Assembly (NCBI GenBank): GCA_944326495.1
Contig: CALVEE010000069.1
Location: 1-32,348, forward strand
Direction: 5' to 3'
DNA length: 32,348 nucleotides
DNA from: Candidatus Gastranaerophilales bacterium
Lineage (GTDB): Bacteria > Cyanobacteriota > Vampirovibrionia > Gastranaerophilales > Gastranaerophilaceae
Every line of letters starts with the position of its first letter. The first letter of the stretch is position 1. This document shows positions 1-8,617 of the stretch, piece by piece. The notes under the pieces are model-generated. The model searched no databases, was not told the DNA's origin, and worked only from the letters and a program-made list of their open reading frames with translations. Made by a program: the position numbers and the translations under genes.

Positions 1-540
1 ATAGAAGAAGTCGGAATTGATGCAACACGTTATTGGATGGAGATGCGGAATATTGATATGACGCTTGATTTCGATATTGAGCTTGCCAAGCGCTCCACTG
101 ATGAAAATCCTGTATTCTATGTTCAATACGCTTATGCAAGAGTCTGCTCAATTCTAAGAAATGCAGTGAATGAAAGGCTTAATCCGGAGACGGGTGAAAA
201 ACTCCCGGCTCCTATGAAGCAGGAAGAACTTGAGGATTTAGTCAAAAATTTTGATAAGAATATAATCCTTAATACGGCGGACAGTGCAAAAACATTAATT
301 CTTAAGCTCGAAGAATTCAAATCCGTTATAGCTCTTTCAGCTCAAAACAGAACTGTTTATACAATTTGCAGATATGTTCAGGAGCTTGCGGCTGAATTCC
401 ATTCATTCTATAACTCAAATAGAGTAATTTCAGAGGATAAAGAGCTGATGAAATCAAGACTTGCACTAATGATTGCAATAAAAACAACATTGAAAAATGC
501 GCTTGATATTCTTGCTGTTTCAGCTCCTGAAAAAATGTAA
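1..540 (+). CDS. argS: Arginyl-tRNA synthetase, C-terminal part (5'-truncated by window edge)
   Basis: Frame open from base 1 (IEEVGIDATRYW...). Contains LDFDIELA, ENPVFYVQYAYARVCSI, FHSFYN and the terminal VSAPEKM typical of the ArgRS anticodon-binding domain. Confidence 0.97.
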   Translation: MEEVGIDATRYWMEMRNIDMTLDFDIELAKRSTDENPVFYVQYAYARVCSILRNAVNERLNPETGEKLPAPMKQEELEDLVKNFDKNIILNTADSAKTLILKLEEFKSVIALSAQNRTVYTICRYVQELAAEFHSFYNSNRVISEDKELMKSRLALMIAIKTTLKNALDILAVSAPEKM

Positions 541-567
541 AAAATAAATAAAAAAAATAAATAATAC

Positions 568-676
568 GTTTGCAGCACCAAACTTATCGGCCGGTAGTGT
601 AATGGAGCTTGCTTCATTATTAACGAAATAAAGTAAAATTTTTTTACCGTTAACTTTAGTCTAACGGGCTGCAAAC
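568..676. other. 109-bp branched stem-loop between convergent argS and ybaK (possible terminator, small RNA or mini-element)
   Basis: Terminal inverted repeat GTTTGCAGC (568-576)/GCTGCAAAC (668-676) encloses two hairpins, TAATGGAGC-TT-GCTTCATTA and CCGTTA...TAACGG. Confidence 0.5.
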
Positions 677-678
677 AT

Positions 679-1152
679 TCAAAAACAAATTTCCTTAAGT
701 TGAAAAGTTATTAATTTGGCTAAATCACTTAAAGATAATTCCACCTGATAACCGATTTTTCCGGCGCTGAAAATTATTGTATCAAAATTTTTAGCAGAAG
801 AATCTATTGTTGTCGTAAAAAATTTTTTCATTCCGATAGGAGAGCATCCGCCGTGAATATAGCCCGTTAAAGGCAAAAGCTCCCTAGATTTAAGCATCTC
901 GATAGACTTTTCATTAACAGCCTGTGCGGCTTTTTTTAAATCAAGTTCTTCAGCAACAGGTAACATAAAGACATAATACTTTTTTGATTTTCCGACTGTA
1001 ACAAGGGTTTTAAAAACCTGCGCCGGATTTTGATTTAAAACAGCTGCGACTTCTACACCGCTAATAGCATCTGTATCAGTATATGTATAATGTTTATATT
1101 TTACCCCCGCTTTATCAAGCATTCTCATTACATTTGTTTTAAATTCACTCAT
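679..1152 (-). CDS. ybaK: Cys-tRNA(Pro) deacylase, YbaK/EbsC family
   Basis: KTNVMRMLD, VFKTLV, ELDLKKAA, LTGYIHGGCSPIGMKK, SAGKIG. Start moved to ATG 1152, which gives an ATGA overlap with the upstream stop. Confidence 0.95.
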   Translation of the reverse strand: MSEFKTNVMRMLDKAGVKYKHYTYTDTDAISGVEVAAVLNQNPAQVFKTLVTVGKSKKYYVFMLPVAEELDLKKAAQAVNEKSIEMLKSRELLPLTGYIHGGCSPIGMKKFFTTTIDSSAKNFDTIIFSAGKIGYQVELSLSDLAKLITFQLKEICF

Positions 1153-1493
1153 ACTGCCCGTTTTATCCATTCCATAATTACACCAGTAAGATATTCCTGC
1201 TGTGCTTCATTCAATTGAATTCCTTTTGGAATTCTATGCCATTTTTCAATACACCCCCTGCAGCAGGTCGCAGTCGCATGCTGGGCTATAAACACCGGAT
1301 GACCGCGCATTGGAGTCTGCTTGCCGTCATTAGGGATATGAGCCGGCGCAATTCTTTTTGAGATAAAATCTTTTGCGTGTGATTTTATAGTATCAAGCCC
1401 TTTTGCGTCAATATATACCTTTTCTTTTTCCTTTAGTTTAAATCTGCTTCTAAATTTTGATTTGGAAAGCCGCTGGAATAGTTCATCATACAT
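1149..1493 (-). CDS. DUF4186 family protein
   Basis: SKFRSRFKL, NDGKQTPMRGHPVFIAQHATATCCRGCIEKWH match the family as recalled. Confidence 0.88.
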   Translation of the reverse strand: MYDELFQRLSKSKFRSRFKLKEKEKVYIDAKGLDTIKSHAKDFISKRIAPAHIPNDGKQTPMRGHPVFIAQHATATCCRGCIEKWHRIPKGIQLNEAQQEYLTGVIMEWIKRAV

Positions 1494-1499
1494 ATTCCG

Positions 1500-3782
1500 T
1501 TATTCCTTATTTTCCTCTTCTATTGCCCGTTTAAAAGAGCAGGTGCGGCTTGAACAGACTTCAAAGAGGCCGTTTTTAGTATTTTTCTTAACCAGAAGTT
1601 CGCCGCATTCGGGGCAGGTATTTCCACTAGGCTCATCCCAGAGAGCGTAAGAGCATTCAGGATAACGATTACAGCCAAAGAATACTTTGCCGTATTTTGA
1701 TTTCTTTTCAATAATAACCCCTTCGCCGCATTTCGGGCATTTCACACCGGTAGAGCGGATATATTTTTTGCGGTTCTTGCATTCCTTACATTCAAGATAT
1801 TTTCCGTAAGGCCCTATTTTCATTACCATTTCACCGCCGCATTTTTCGCATTTCTCTTCAACAGTATTGTTATCTTCATTAACATCATCAAGCTCAACGC
1901 TGTTATTAAGTGAAATGATTGTTTTGCATTCGGGATAGCCGGAACACCCTAAAAACTGGCTCCCGAAACGGCTTGTTTTTACAAGCATAACGCGGCCGCA
2001 GTTAGGGCATTTCTTATCACTTTCTATAACTACTCTCTGGGCATTTTGCATTACAGAATTAACAACTTCCATAAACGGAGTGTAAAACTCTTTTAAGACT
2101 ACATTCCAGACAGCTTTTTTTTCTGCAATCTTATCGAGTTTTTCTTCCATGCCGGCTGTAAATTTGTAATCCATAATATCCGAGAATTGGCTTACAAGCT
2201 GCTTACAAACAGTTCTTCCAAGAAGTGTCGGATGAAGGGCTTTATCCTTTTTTTCAACATACTTTCTGGTTTGGATTACGGTAATAATTGTAGCGTAAGT
2301 TGACGGACGCCCGATGCCGTGTTCTTCAAGCGCTTTGACAAGAGAGGCTTCATTGTACCTCGGAGGCGGCTGTGTGAAATGCTGTTTGGGTGTAATTTCT
2401 TTACATTTAACCTTATCCCCGTTTTCAAGGTCAGGAATTTTAGCGTCTGCTTCTTTTTCATCCTCTTCTGCGTCATTATAGAGTTTTAAGAACCCGTCAA
2501 ATAAGATTTTGCTCGTGCCGGCTTTCAAGTTATAATCGCCTGCTTTTATATCAATAGTCTTGTTTGCAATCTCTGCCGGCGCCATCTGCGAGGACATGAA
2601 TTTATCCCATATTAGTTTATAAAGTTTGTACTGGTCAGGGGTAAGATATTGCTTGATGCTTTCAGGAGTCCTGTCAGGATATGAAGGCCTGATTGCTTCG
2701 TGTGCGTCCTGAACATTCTGTTTGCCTTTTACATAAACATTTGTTGAGGGCGGGTAGTATTTTTCTCCGTAGTTTTCAATAATAAATGTTTTTGCCATCT
2801 CATGCGCGTCATCAGAAATTCTCACGCTGTCGGTTCTCATATAAGTAATAAGTCCCACAGGAGTTCCTTCGATTTCAATCCCTTCATAAAGTTTTTGCGC
2901 GACCTGCATGGTTTTTGATACACCAAATCCTAACTTAGAGCTTGCAGCCCTTTGAAGAGTTGAGGTTATAAAAGGTGCGGTAGGCTTTCTTTTTGTTTCT
3001 TTTTTGGTAACCTTTTCTACTATAAATTCGGTTTCTGGATTAAGAAGATATTCTTTTATTTTATTAGCTTCTTCTTCATTATTAATCTCAATTTTTTTGT
3101 TTTTGTATTTATTAACTTCCGCCTCAAACGTTTTACCGTCTTTGTCCATAATCGCGTGTATGCTCCAGTATTCCTTTGGAACAAAAGCTTCAATTTCTTC
3201 TTCTCTTTCGCAAATCATACGGAGTGCAACTGATTGAACCCGTCCGGCAGATAGTCTGTAATTCCCGAGCTGTTTCCAGAGGACAGGAGAAAGTTTATAG
3301 CCTACAAGTTTGTCTAAGATTTGCCTTGTCTGCTGAGCTTTTACTCTATCCATATCAATCTGTCGCGGATGATCGACTGCGTATTTTACAGCCTTAGGAG
3401 TAATCTCGTTAAACTCAATTCTATACACTTTATCATCAGGAACTTTCAGAAGCTCTCTCACATGCCAGGCAATAGCTTCCCCCTCACGGTCAGGGTCGGA
3501 AGCCAGATAAATTTTATCCGATTTTTTGGCCATCTCGTTTAATTTGGCAACAACCTTCTGTTTTTCCGGAATAACAACATATGTAGGTTTGAAATCATTC
3601 TGGACGTCAAACCCTAAAACATTTTCCGGAAGATTTCTTACATGCCCGAAGCTTGCCTCAATCTGATACCCGTCACCCAGAATTTTTTTTATGGTCTTGG
3701 ATTTAGCTGGAGCCTCGACTATTACAAGAGCCTTCTCCTTTTTCGATTTAGCTGTTTTTTTTTCTTCCGCTGCTGCTGTCAT
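1500..3782 (-). CDS. topA: DNA topoisomerase I with C-terminal zinc ribbons
   Basis: TOPRIM LVIVEAPAK, ASDPDREGEAI, SAGRVQS, catalytic GLITYMRTDS, GIGRPSTYA, several C4 zinc ribbons. Confidence 0.98.
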   Translation of the reverse strand: MTAAAEEKKTAKSKKEKALVIVEAPAKSKTIKKILGDGYQIEASFGHVRNLPENVLGFDVQNDFKPTYVVIPEKQKVVAKLNEMAKKSDKIYLASDPDREGEAIAWHVRELLKVPDDKVYRIEFNEITPKAVKYAVDHPRQIDMDRVKAQQTRQILDKLVGYKLSPVLWKQLGNYRLSAGRVQSVALRMICEREEEIEAFVPKEYWSIHAIMDKDGKTFEAEVNKYKNKKIEINNEEEANKIKEYLLNPETEFIVEKVTKKETKRKPTAPFITSTLQRAASSKLGFGVSKTMQVAQKLYEGIEIEGTPVGLITYMRTDSVRISDDAHEMAKTFIIENYGEKYYPPSTNVYVKGKQNVQDAHEAIRPSYPDRTPESIKQYLTPDQYKLYKLIWDKFMSSQMAPAEIANKTIDIKAGDYNLKAGTSKILFDGFLKLYNDAEEDEKEADAKIPDLENGDKVKCKEITPKQHFTQPPPRYNEASLVKALEEHGIGRPSTYATIITVIQTRKYVEKKDKALHPTLLGRTVCKQLVSQFSDIMDYKFTAGMEEKLDKIAEKKAVWNVVLKEFYTPFMEVVNSVMQNAQRVVIESDKKCPNCGRVMLVKTSRFGSQFLGCSGYPECKTIISLNNSVELDDVNEDNNTVEEKCEKCGGEMVMKIGPYGKYLECKECKNRKKYIRSTGVKCPKCGEGVIIEKKSKYGKVFFGCNRYPECSYALWDEPSGNTCPECGELLVKKNTKNGLFEVCSSRTCSFKRAIEEENKE

Positions 3783-4879
3783 GCCTTTTTATACCTGTCA
3801 CCTTCTATTTGTTCAATCAAGCCCTGGACTTCCATCATTGTAAGAACTGATAACAATTCGTCCGTATTTATTTTAACTGCGGCTTGAATTTCATCAAAAC
3901 CTTTAGGTTCAATCTCTATTATATCAAAAATTATTTTTTGAACAGGGTCTGTCAGTGCGAAATTATTTTGGCCGGACTTAGAATTTTCAAATTTTGGAGG
4001 TTGGATTTCCCAATTTAAAGCATTTAGAATATCTGCACCCGATGTTACAATTGTTGCCCCGTTTTTTATAAGATGATAAATTCCTTCGGTATTTTTGTTG
4101 TTAATTGCGCCCGGAATGCACATAAGCTCACGCCCTTGCTCGAGTGTAAGGTTTGCGGAAATCAATGCGCCGCTCTTCATAGCAGCTTCTCCAACAACAG
4201 TGCCGTAAGAAAGTCCGGTTACGATTCTGTTTCTCTGTGGAAAACGGAATTTTAACGGTTCAAATGTCGGATAATACTCACTAACGACAGCTCCGTATCC
4301 GTTTTCAATTTGTTCATAAAGATGTTTGTTTGCGCTCGGATATGTATAATCAAATCCGCTTGCAATAACACCTATTGTCTTTAAGTTACTGTCAATTGCA
4401 CTTACGTGTGAAACGGTATCAATACCAGATGCAAGGCCTGAGACAATACAAATATCCGTATTTCGGAGTTCATTTATAATCCGCTTTACACTGTCTCTTC
4501 CGGTAAGGCTTGCGCGTCTTGAGCCGACAAACGCAACTGTTCTTTCAAGATTGCATGAGAATAAATCACCCTTGTAATAAAGAACCATCGGTGGATTTGA
4601 AATCTGTGAAAGCATATAGGGATAATTCGGATTATCAAAAGTCAGAAACTTTATTCCTCGTTTTATAACTTCTTCAAAAACCTTATCCGGATTAACAGTG
4701 CGTTTTTTTTCAATAAAATTTTCCGCTTTTCTTACGCTCAGCCCTTCTATTTGTTTCAGCTCATTCAGAGTCGAATTAAAGGCTGTCTCAATATCGCCGA
4801 AATAATTATAAAGCCTCTGTATAAAGCTTGAATCAAGCTGCTCTATTGCGGAAAATGCTATCCAGAATTTTTCTTTCAT
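3779..4879 (-). CDS. dprA: DNA-processing protein DprA
   Basis: VAFVGSR, IVSGLASGID, FPQRNRIVTGLS, SGALISA, C-terminal winged helix. ATGA overlap with topA. Confidence 0.97.
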   Translation of the reverse strand: MKEKFWIAFSAIEQLDSSFIQRLYNYFGDIETAFNSTLNELKQIEGLSVRKAENFIEKKRTVNPDKVFEEVIKRGIKFLTFDNPNYPYMLSQISNPPMVLYYKGDLFSCNLERTVAFVGSRRASLTGRDSVKRIINELRNTDICIVSGLASGIDTVSHVSAIDSNLKTIGVIASGFDYTYPSANKHLYEQIENGYGAVVSEYYPTFEPLKFRFPQRNRIVTGLSYGTVVGEAAMKSGALISANLTLEQGRELMCIPGAINNKNTEGIYHLIKNGATIVTSGADILNALNWEIQPPKFENSKSGQNNFALTDPVQKIIFDIIEIEPKGFDEIQAAVKINTDELLSVLTMMEVQGLIEQIEGDRYKKA

Positions 4880-4885
4880 TTTTTA

Positions 4886-4894
4886 ATTGTAACA
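4886..4894 (-). promoter_or_regulatory. Extended -10 promoter (TGtTACAAT) 6 nt before the dprA ATG; probably leaderless
   Basis: Minus strand reads TGTTACAAT-TAAAAA-ATG with no Shine-Dalgarno. Confidence 0.55.
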
Positions 4895-4948
4895 TAGAAG
4901 AAACAAAGAGAATACTATTTTTCTGCAAAACCATATAGAAAATACTGT

Positions 4949-5020
4949 TCCCTCTCCTTACGGGAGAGGAGCAGCCGTGTTTGAGGCGTGAGCCGAAAAC
5001 TACGGATGCGGTGAGGGGGC
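4949..5020 (+). repeat. BoxC-like structured repeat, type A insert
   Basis: CCTCTCC-TTACG-GGAGAGG hairpin, internal hairpin, then GGTGAGGGGG tail. Near-identical copies at 20266, 20545 and 21335 (-). Confidence 0.92.
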
Positions 5021-5100
5021 AGTCAGTAAGAACAAATAAAAAACTATAAAGTGAATTTTAAAAGAGCAGCTTGTTTAGATAATATAATTATAAGGTTAAT

Positions 5101-5121
5101 GTCAGGCAGTGCCTGACCTAC
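5101..5121 (-). repeat. GTAG-type REP-like palindrome
   Basis: Minus strand GTAG-GTCAGGCA-C-TGCCTGAC. Degenerate opposite-strand copy (17/21) at 5292-5312. Confidence 0.6.
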
Positions 5122-5161
5122 TGTTCTGTGCTGGTTTAATTCATTAAAATTTTAACTTCTC

Positions 5162-5198
5162 CTAAACTCCTAAACCACTAAACTTCTAAATCCTAATC
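5162..5198. repeat. Degenerate 8-mer tandem array (CTAAACNN)
   Basis: CTAAACTC CTAAACCA CTAAACTT CTAAATC CTAATC. Confidence 0.75.
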
Positions 5199-5200
5199 AG

Positions 5201-5235
5201 CACCCACCCAAGCCCTCCCTCACTAGGGAGGGGTG
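5201..5235 (-). repeat. Minimal BoxC-like repeat
   Basis: Minus strand CCCTCCC-TAGTGA-GGGAGGG-CTT-GGGTGGG. Close relative at 23415-23450. Confidence 0.75.
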
Positions 5236-5252
5236 ACTGTGCACTTGGTTTT

Positions 5253-5286
5253 CTTATTCACTTATTCACTTATTTACCTATTCACC
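5253..5286. repeat. 8-mer tandem array (CTTATTCA x4, degenerate)
   Basis: CTTATTCA CTTATTCA CTTATTTA CCTATTCA. Confidence 0.85.
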
Positions 5287-5497
5287 AGTTAGTGGGTCAG
5301 ACACTCACTGACTATAAGTTATTGTCAAGAAAGTATGCCTAACTGACCAAAACCCTGACGGACAGCCTCCTCACCACATTCGTTGTTTTTGTTTTTATTG
5401 GAAAACTTATGATAACTAAAAAATAACTAGTCGTGCGGAGCAAGCCCTGCACTGTCGGCTAAAGCACAGACTGCAGCAGACAAGAACAGCCTTATAA

Positions 5498-6142
5498 TTA
5501 TTCTTCCAGCCTTATCCTTGTATCTGAATAGTATTCCTGATTTAGAGTATCAGCGTTTCGGGCTTTAGTGATTTTTTCTGAAAGCTCCGGATTAGGGCTG
5601 ATTTCGCAAGCCTGCTGTAAATACTTGAGAGCAGCTTTTGTGTCACCGAGCTTTAGATAAGTATCGCCCATTTTATATAAAGTATCGTAATGTCTTGTAT
5701 AGCCTTTTCGATAAGCTATTTTATACATTTTTAGAGCCCTTTTATACATTTCGCGCCGGTAATAAAACTCTCCCAGTCTAAAAAAAGCTTCCGGTCTGCT
5801 TTTGTCAACACCTATAGCGTCAAAAAAACAGCCCTTCGCATAACGGTCTTTGCCTATAATATCATAGAGAGTACCAAGTTTAATCTTATATTCAATGTTT
5901 GCCGGATTTTTATGCGCAAGCATGTGGTATAAATTTAATGCTGCAGTCATTTCATCATTCAAATTCCCGCTTTTTAGCGCAAGATTATAATAAAAACCGG
6001 CTTTTTCTTCCAGCTCGCTTTCGCTCAATTTGGAATAATCAATCGGGATTTGATACTCCAGACCGCCCTTTATTGCTGAATAAGCAGGAATACTTATTAA
6101 TATAAATAAAAATATCAAAAAAATTTTAATCAAGTGGCGCAT
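5498..6142 (-). CDS. Exported tetratricopeptide-repeat protein
   Basis: Signal peptide ending ...IPAYSA. TPR-like helices (AFFRLGEFYY, TLYKMGDTYLKLG..KAALKYLQQA..ISP). Confidence 0.85.
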   Translation of the reverse strand: MRHLIKIFLIFLFILISIPAYSAIKGGLEYQIPIDYSKLSESELEEKAGFYYNLALKSGNLNDEMTAALNLYHMLAHKNPANIEYKIKLGTLYDIIGKDRYAKGCFFDAIGVDKSRPEAFFRLGEFYYRREMYKRALKMYKIAYRKGYTRHYDTLYKMGDTYLKLGDTKAALKYLQQACEISPNPELSEKITKARNADTLNQEYYSDTRIRLEE

Positions 6143-6225
6143 ATTATTTAACTTAATATTACATAATAATATCTATTATATCAGAAAGTTTTTTAGTAAA
6201 ATAATTTTAAGAGGGTTTTGATTTA

Positions 6226-6579
6226 GTGAAAGAACTTGTTTGTTTATCAGTATTCATAATCTTATCAACGCTTTTTGCGATTGCGATGGTGATAGCGGGG
6301 TTTATCTGCCAGTACAGAAAAAAATGCGCGGTAAAAGATACAACATATGAATGCGGTATAGAACCGGTTTCTGACGCGAGAATTGAATTTGATGTGAAAT
6401 ATTTTAATTACGCGGTTTTATTTTTGATTTTTGATATTGAAACGATTTTTCTTTACCCTTTTGCTGTATTTTTAGGGATTTTAGGCTGGTTTGCGGTTAT
6501 TGAGGCTTTTATTTTTGTGGCATTATTATTGTTCGGATTGTGGTTTGCTATAGAAAAAAAGATGTTGAGGTGGATTTAG
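6226..6579 (+). CDS. nuoA: Complex I-like subunit A (NuoA/NdhC)
   Basis: TTYECGIEP, FLIFDIETIFLYPFA, three TM helices, GTG start. Confidence 0.96.
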   Translation: MKELVCLSVFIILSTLFAIAMVIAGFICQYRKKCAVKDTTYECGIEPVSDARIEFDVKYFNYAVLFLIFDIETIFLYPFAVFLGILGWFAVIEAFIFVALLLFGLWFAIEKKMLRWI

Positions 6580-7110
6580 GTGAATATTATTGTATCTTCT
6601 ATTGATTATATTTTAAACTGGAGCAGGGCAAATTCACTCTGGCCTTTGACATTTGCGACCTCCTGCTGCGGAATTGAAATGATGCAGACAGTAGCTTCCG
6701 ATAATGATATTGCAAGGTTTGGCTCGGAAGTCTTTCGCGGCTCTCCAAGACAGGCTGATTTATTAATCTGTGCCGGAACTATTACGCATAAAATGGCGCC
6801 GGTATTATTGCGGCTTTACGAGCAGATGCCGGAGCCTAAGTATGTTATTGCAATGGGGGCATGCACCTGCGGCGGCGGAATGTTTGCAGATACTTCGTAT
6901 TCCGTTATAAGAGGGATTGATAAAATTATTCCGGTTGATATTTATCTTCCGATGTGTCCGCCGCGTCCGGAGGCTTTATTAGATGCAGTAAGAAAACTGC
7001 AGAAGAAGATAAAGAAAGAAACAATTATGAACAGAAAAGAGTTTGTAAATTTGCATACTTCCGCTCTTGAAGAGAAAAATAATATGCTGGAAGTAAAAGG
7101 AGGAGCCTGA
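6580..7110 (+). CDS. nuoB: Complex I-like subunit B (NuoB/NdhK), N2 cluster
   Basis: [34 protein letters not shown]. Confidence 0.97.
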   Translation: MNIIVSSIDYILNWSRANSLWPLTFATSCCGIEMMQTVASDNDIARFGSEVFRGSPRQADLLICAGTITHKMAPVLLRLYEQMPEPKYVIAMGACTCGGGMFADTSYSVIRGIDKIIPVDIYLPMCPPRPEALLDAVRKLQKKIKKETIMNRKEFVNLHTSALEEKNNMLEVKGGA

Positions 7111-7544
7111 TGGATTGGAGTGAATTTCTTAGAATTTTCAATGACTGCGAACTTGATGGGAACAAGATTATTATAAAATCTAAGCTGCGTGAAGTAATAA
7201 ATTTTGTTATTGCAAATTATACATACAATATGCTTAAAGAAATTATTGCAAATGACAAGGGGGAAGGGAAAACCGAGCTTATTTATCATTTTTATTCAAC
7301 TGATGACGAGGAGGATATGTTTATTTCTATAACCGTTGACGGTGAAGTAGAAAGCATTGCTGATATTTTTAAATCTGCAGCGGCTGACGAAAATGAGATT
7401 TACGACTTATTCGGTGTAAAATTTATTGGTAATGAAAATCTAAAGAGGCTATATATGCCCGAAGATTGGAAGGGGTTTCCTTTGAGGAAGGATTATATAC
7501 AAGACGATACGAGGTTAGCGTGGAATGACGATAACAACGTTTAA
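7110..7544 (+). CDS. nuoC: Complex I-like subunit C (NuoC/NdhJ)
   Basis: ENEIYDLFGVKF, RLYMPEDWKGFPLRKDY. Confidence 0.95.
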   Translation: MDWSEFLRIFNDCELDGNKIIIKSKLREVINFVIANYTYNMLKEIIANDKGEGKTELIYHFYSTDDEEDMFISITVDGEVESIADIFKSAAADENEIYDLFGVKFIGNENLKRLYMPEDWKGFPLRKDYIQDDTRLAWNDDNNV

Positions 7545-8616
7545 ATTAAATCTCGGGCCGCAGCACCCTTCAACGCACGGGGTTTTAAGGCTTGTGTTAG
7601 AGCTTGAGGGGGAAAAAATTCTATCTTGCGAGCCGGATATAGGATATCTTCACCGCGGGATGGAAAAAATGGCGGAGAGGATTAGTTATATTCAGTACCT
7701 TCCGACTGTTGACAGGATTGATTATCTTGCAGGCTGTTTTTATTCAGAGCTTCTCTGCAGAATTGTAGAAAACGCGCTCGGGGTTGAGCTTCCGGATAAG
7801 GTAAGAGCAATCAGGGTTATGCTTCTGGAGCTGAATAGAATTGCATCCCACCTGTTGTGGGTAGGCGCATTTTTGATGGATTTAGGGGCTGTTTCTCCGT
7901 TTTTCTATGCTTTTAGAGAGCGGGAGATGATTTTAAGATATTTTGAAAAACTTACCGGCCAGAGGATGATGTATAATTATTTTGTCTTTGGCGGGGTAAG
8001 GAAAGATATTGATTATCTCGGGGATGTTGAAGAAATTATCTCGATTTTACCTGAAAAAATTGATGATTATGAGAAAATTATTACTGAAAATCCGATATTT
8101 TTAAGACGGACTAAGGGTAAGGGAATGCTTGATATTGATACTGCTTTAAATTACGCAGTCACAGGCGTCAACTTAAGAGCAAGCGGCATGGATTATGATA
8201 CAAGAAGGTCGGATTATTTATACAGGGGATTTGATTTCGGGGTTGTAATTCTTGATGAGGGTGATGCCTGGGCAAGGTATAAGGCAAGAATTATGGAGAT
8301 GAGAGAGTCTGTTAATATTATTCATCAGGCTCTTGAATACTTAAAAATTTCTCCGGCTCTTGAGCAGAAGCTTATTAACCCTGTTAACCTTAAACTTCCG
8401 GCGGGAGATTATTACGCAGAAATTGAAGCTCCGAGAGGGCTTGCATCCTGCTTTGTCCGTTCAACCGGAGAAGATAAGCCATACAGGCTTAAGTGGAGAA
8501 CAGGCTCATATTATTCAGTCAATCTTTTGAGGAAAATTCTTGTCGGGGAATATTTGAATGATGCAATCGCAATAGCCGGTTCGCTGGATATTATTTTGCC
8601 GGAGGTGGATAAGTAG
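7525..8616 (+). CDS. nuoD: Complex I-like subunit D (NuoD/NdhH)
   Basis: GPQHPSTHGVLRL, IGYLHRGMEK, DRIDY, ELNRIASHL, terminal DIILPEVDK. No NiFe-binding CxxC pairs. Confidence 0.97.
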   Translation: MTITTFKLNLGPQHPSTHGVLRLVLELEGEKILSCEPDIGYLHRGMEKMAERISYIQYLPTVDRIDYLAGCFYSELLCRIVENALGVELPDKVRAIRVMLLELNRIASHLLWVGAFLMDLGAVSPFFYAFREREMILRYFEKLTGQRMMYNYFVFGGVRKDIDYLGDVEEIISILPEKIDDYEKIITENPIFLRRTKGKGMLDIDTALNYAVTGVNLRASGMDYDTRRSDYLYRGFDFGVVILDEGDAWARYKARIMEMRESVNIIHQALEYLKISPALEQKLINPVNLKLPAGDYYAEIEAPRGLASCFVRSTGEDKPYRLKWRTGSYYSVNLLRKILVGEYLNDAIAIAGSLDIILPEVDK

Positions 8617-8617
8617 C

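Noticed and set aside
568-676. Integron attC site
   Set aside because: A GTTAGAC core exists on the minus strand but has no properly placed complementary box; no integrase.
7525-8616. Group 4 NiFe hydrogenase large subunit
   Set aside because: No N- or C-terminal CxxC; complex I quinone-site residues are present.
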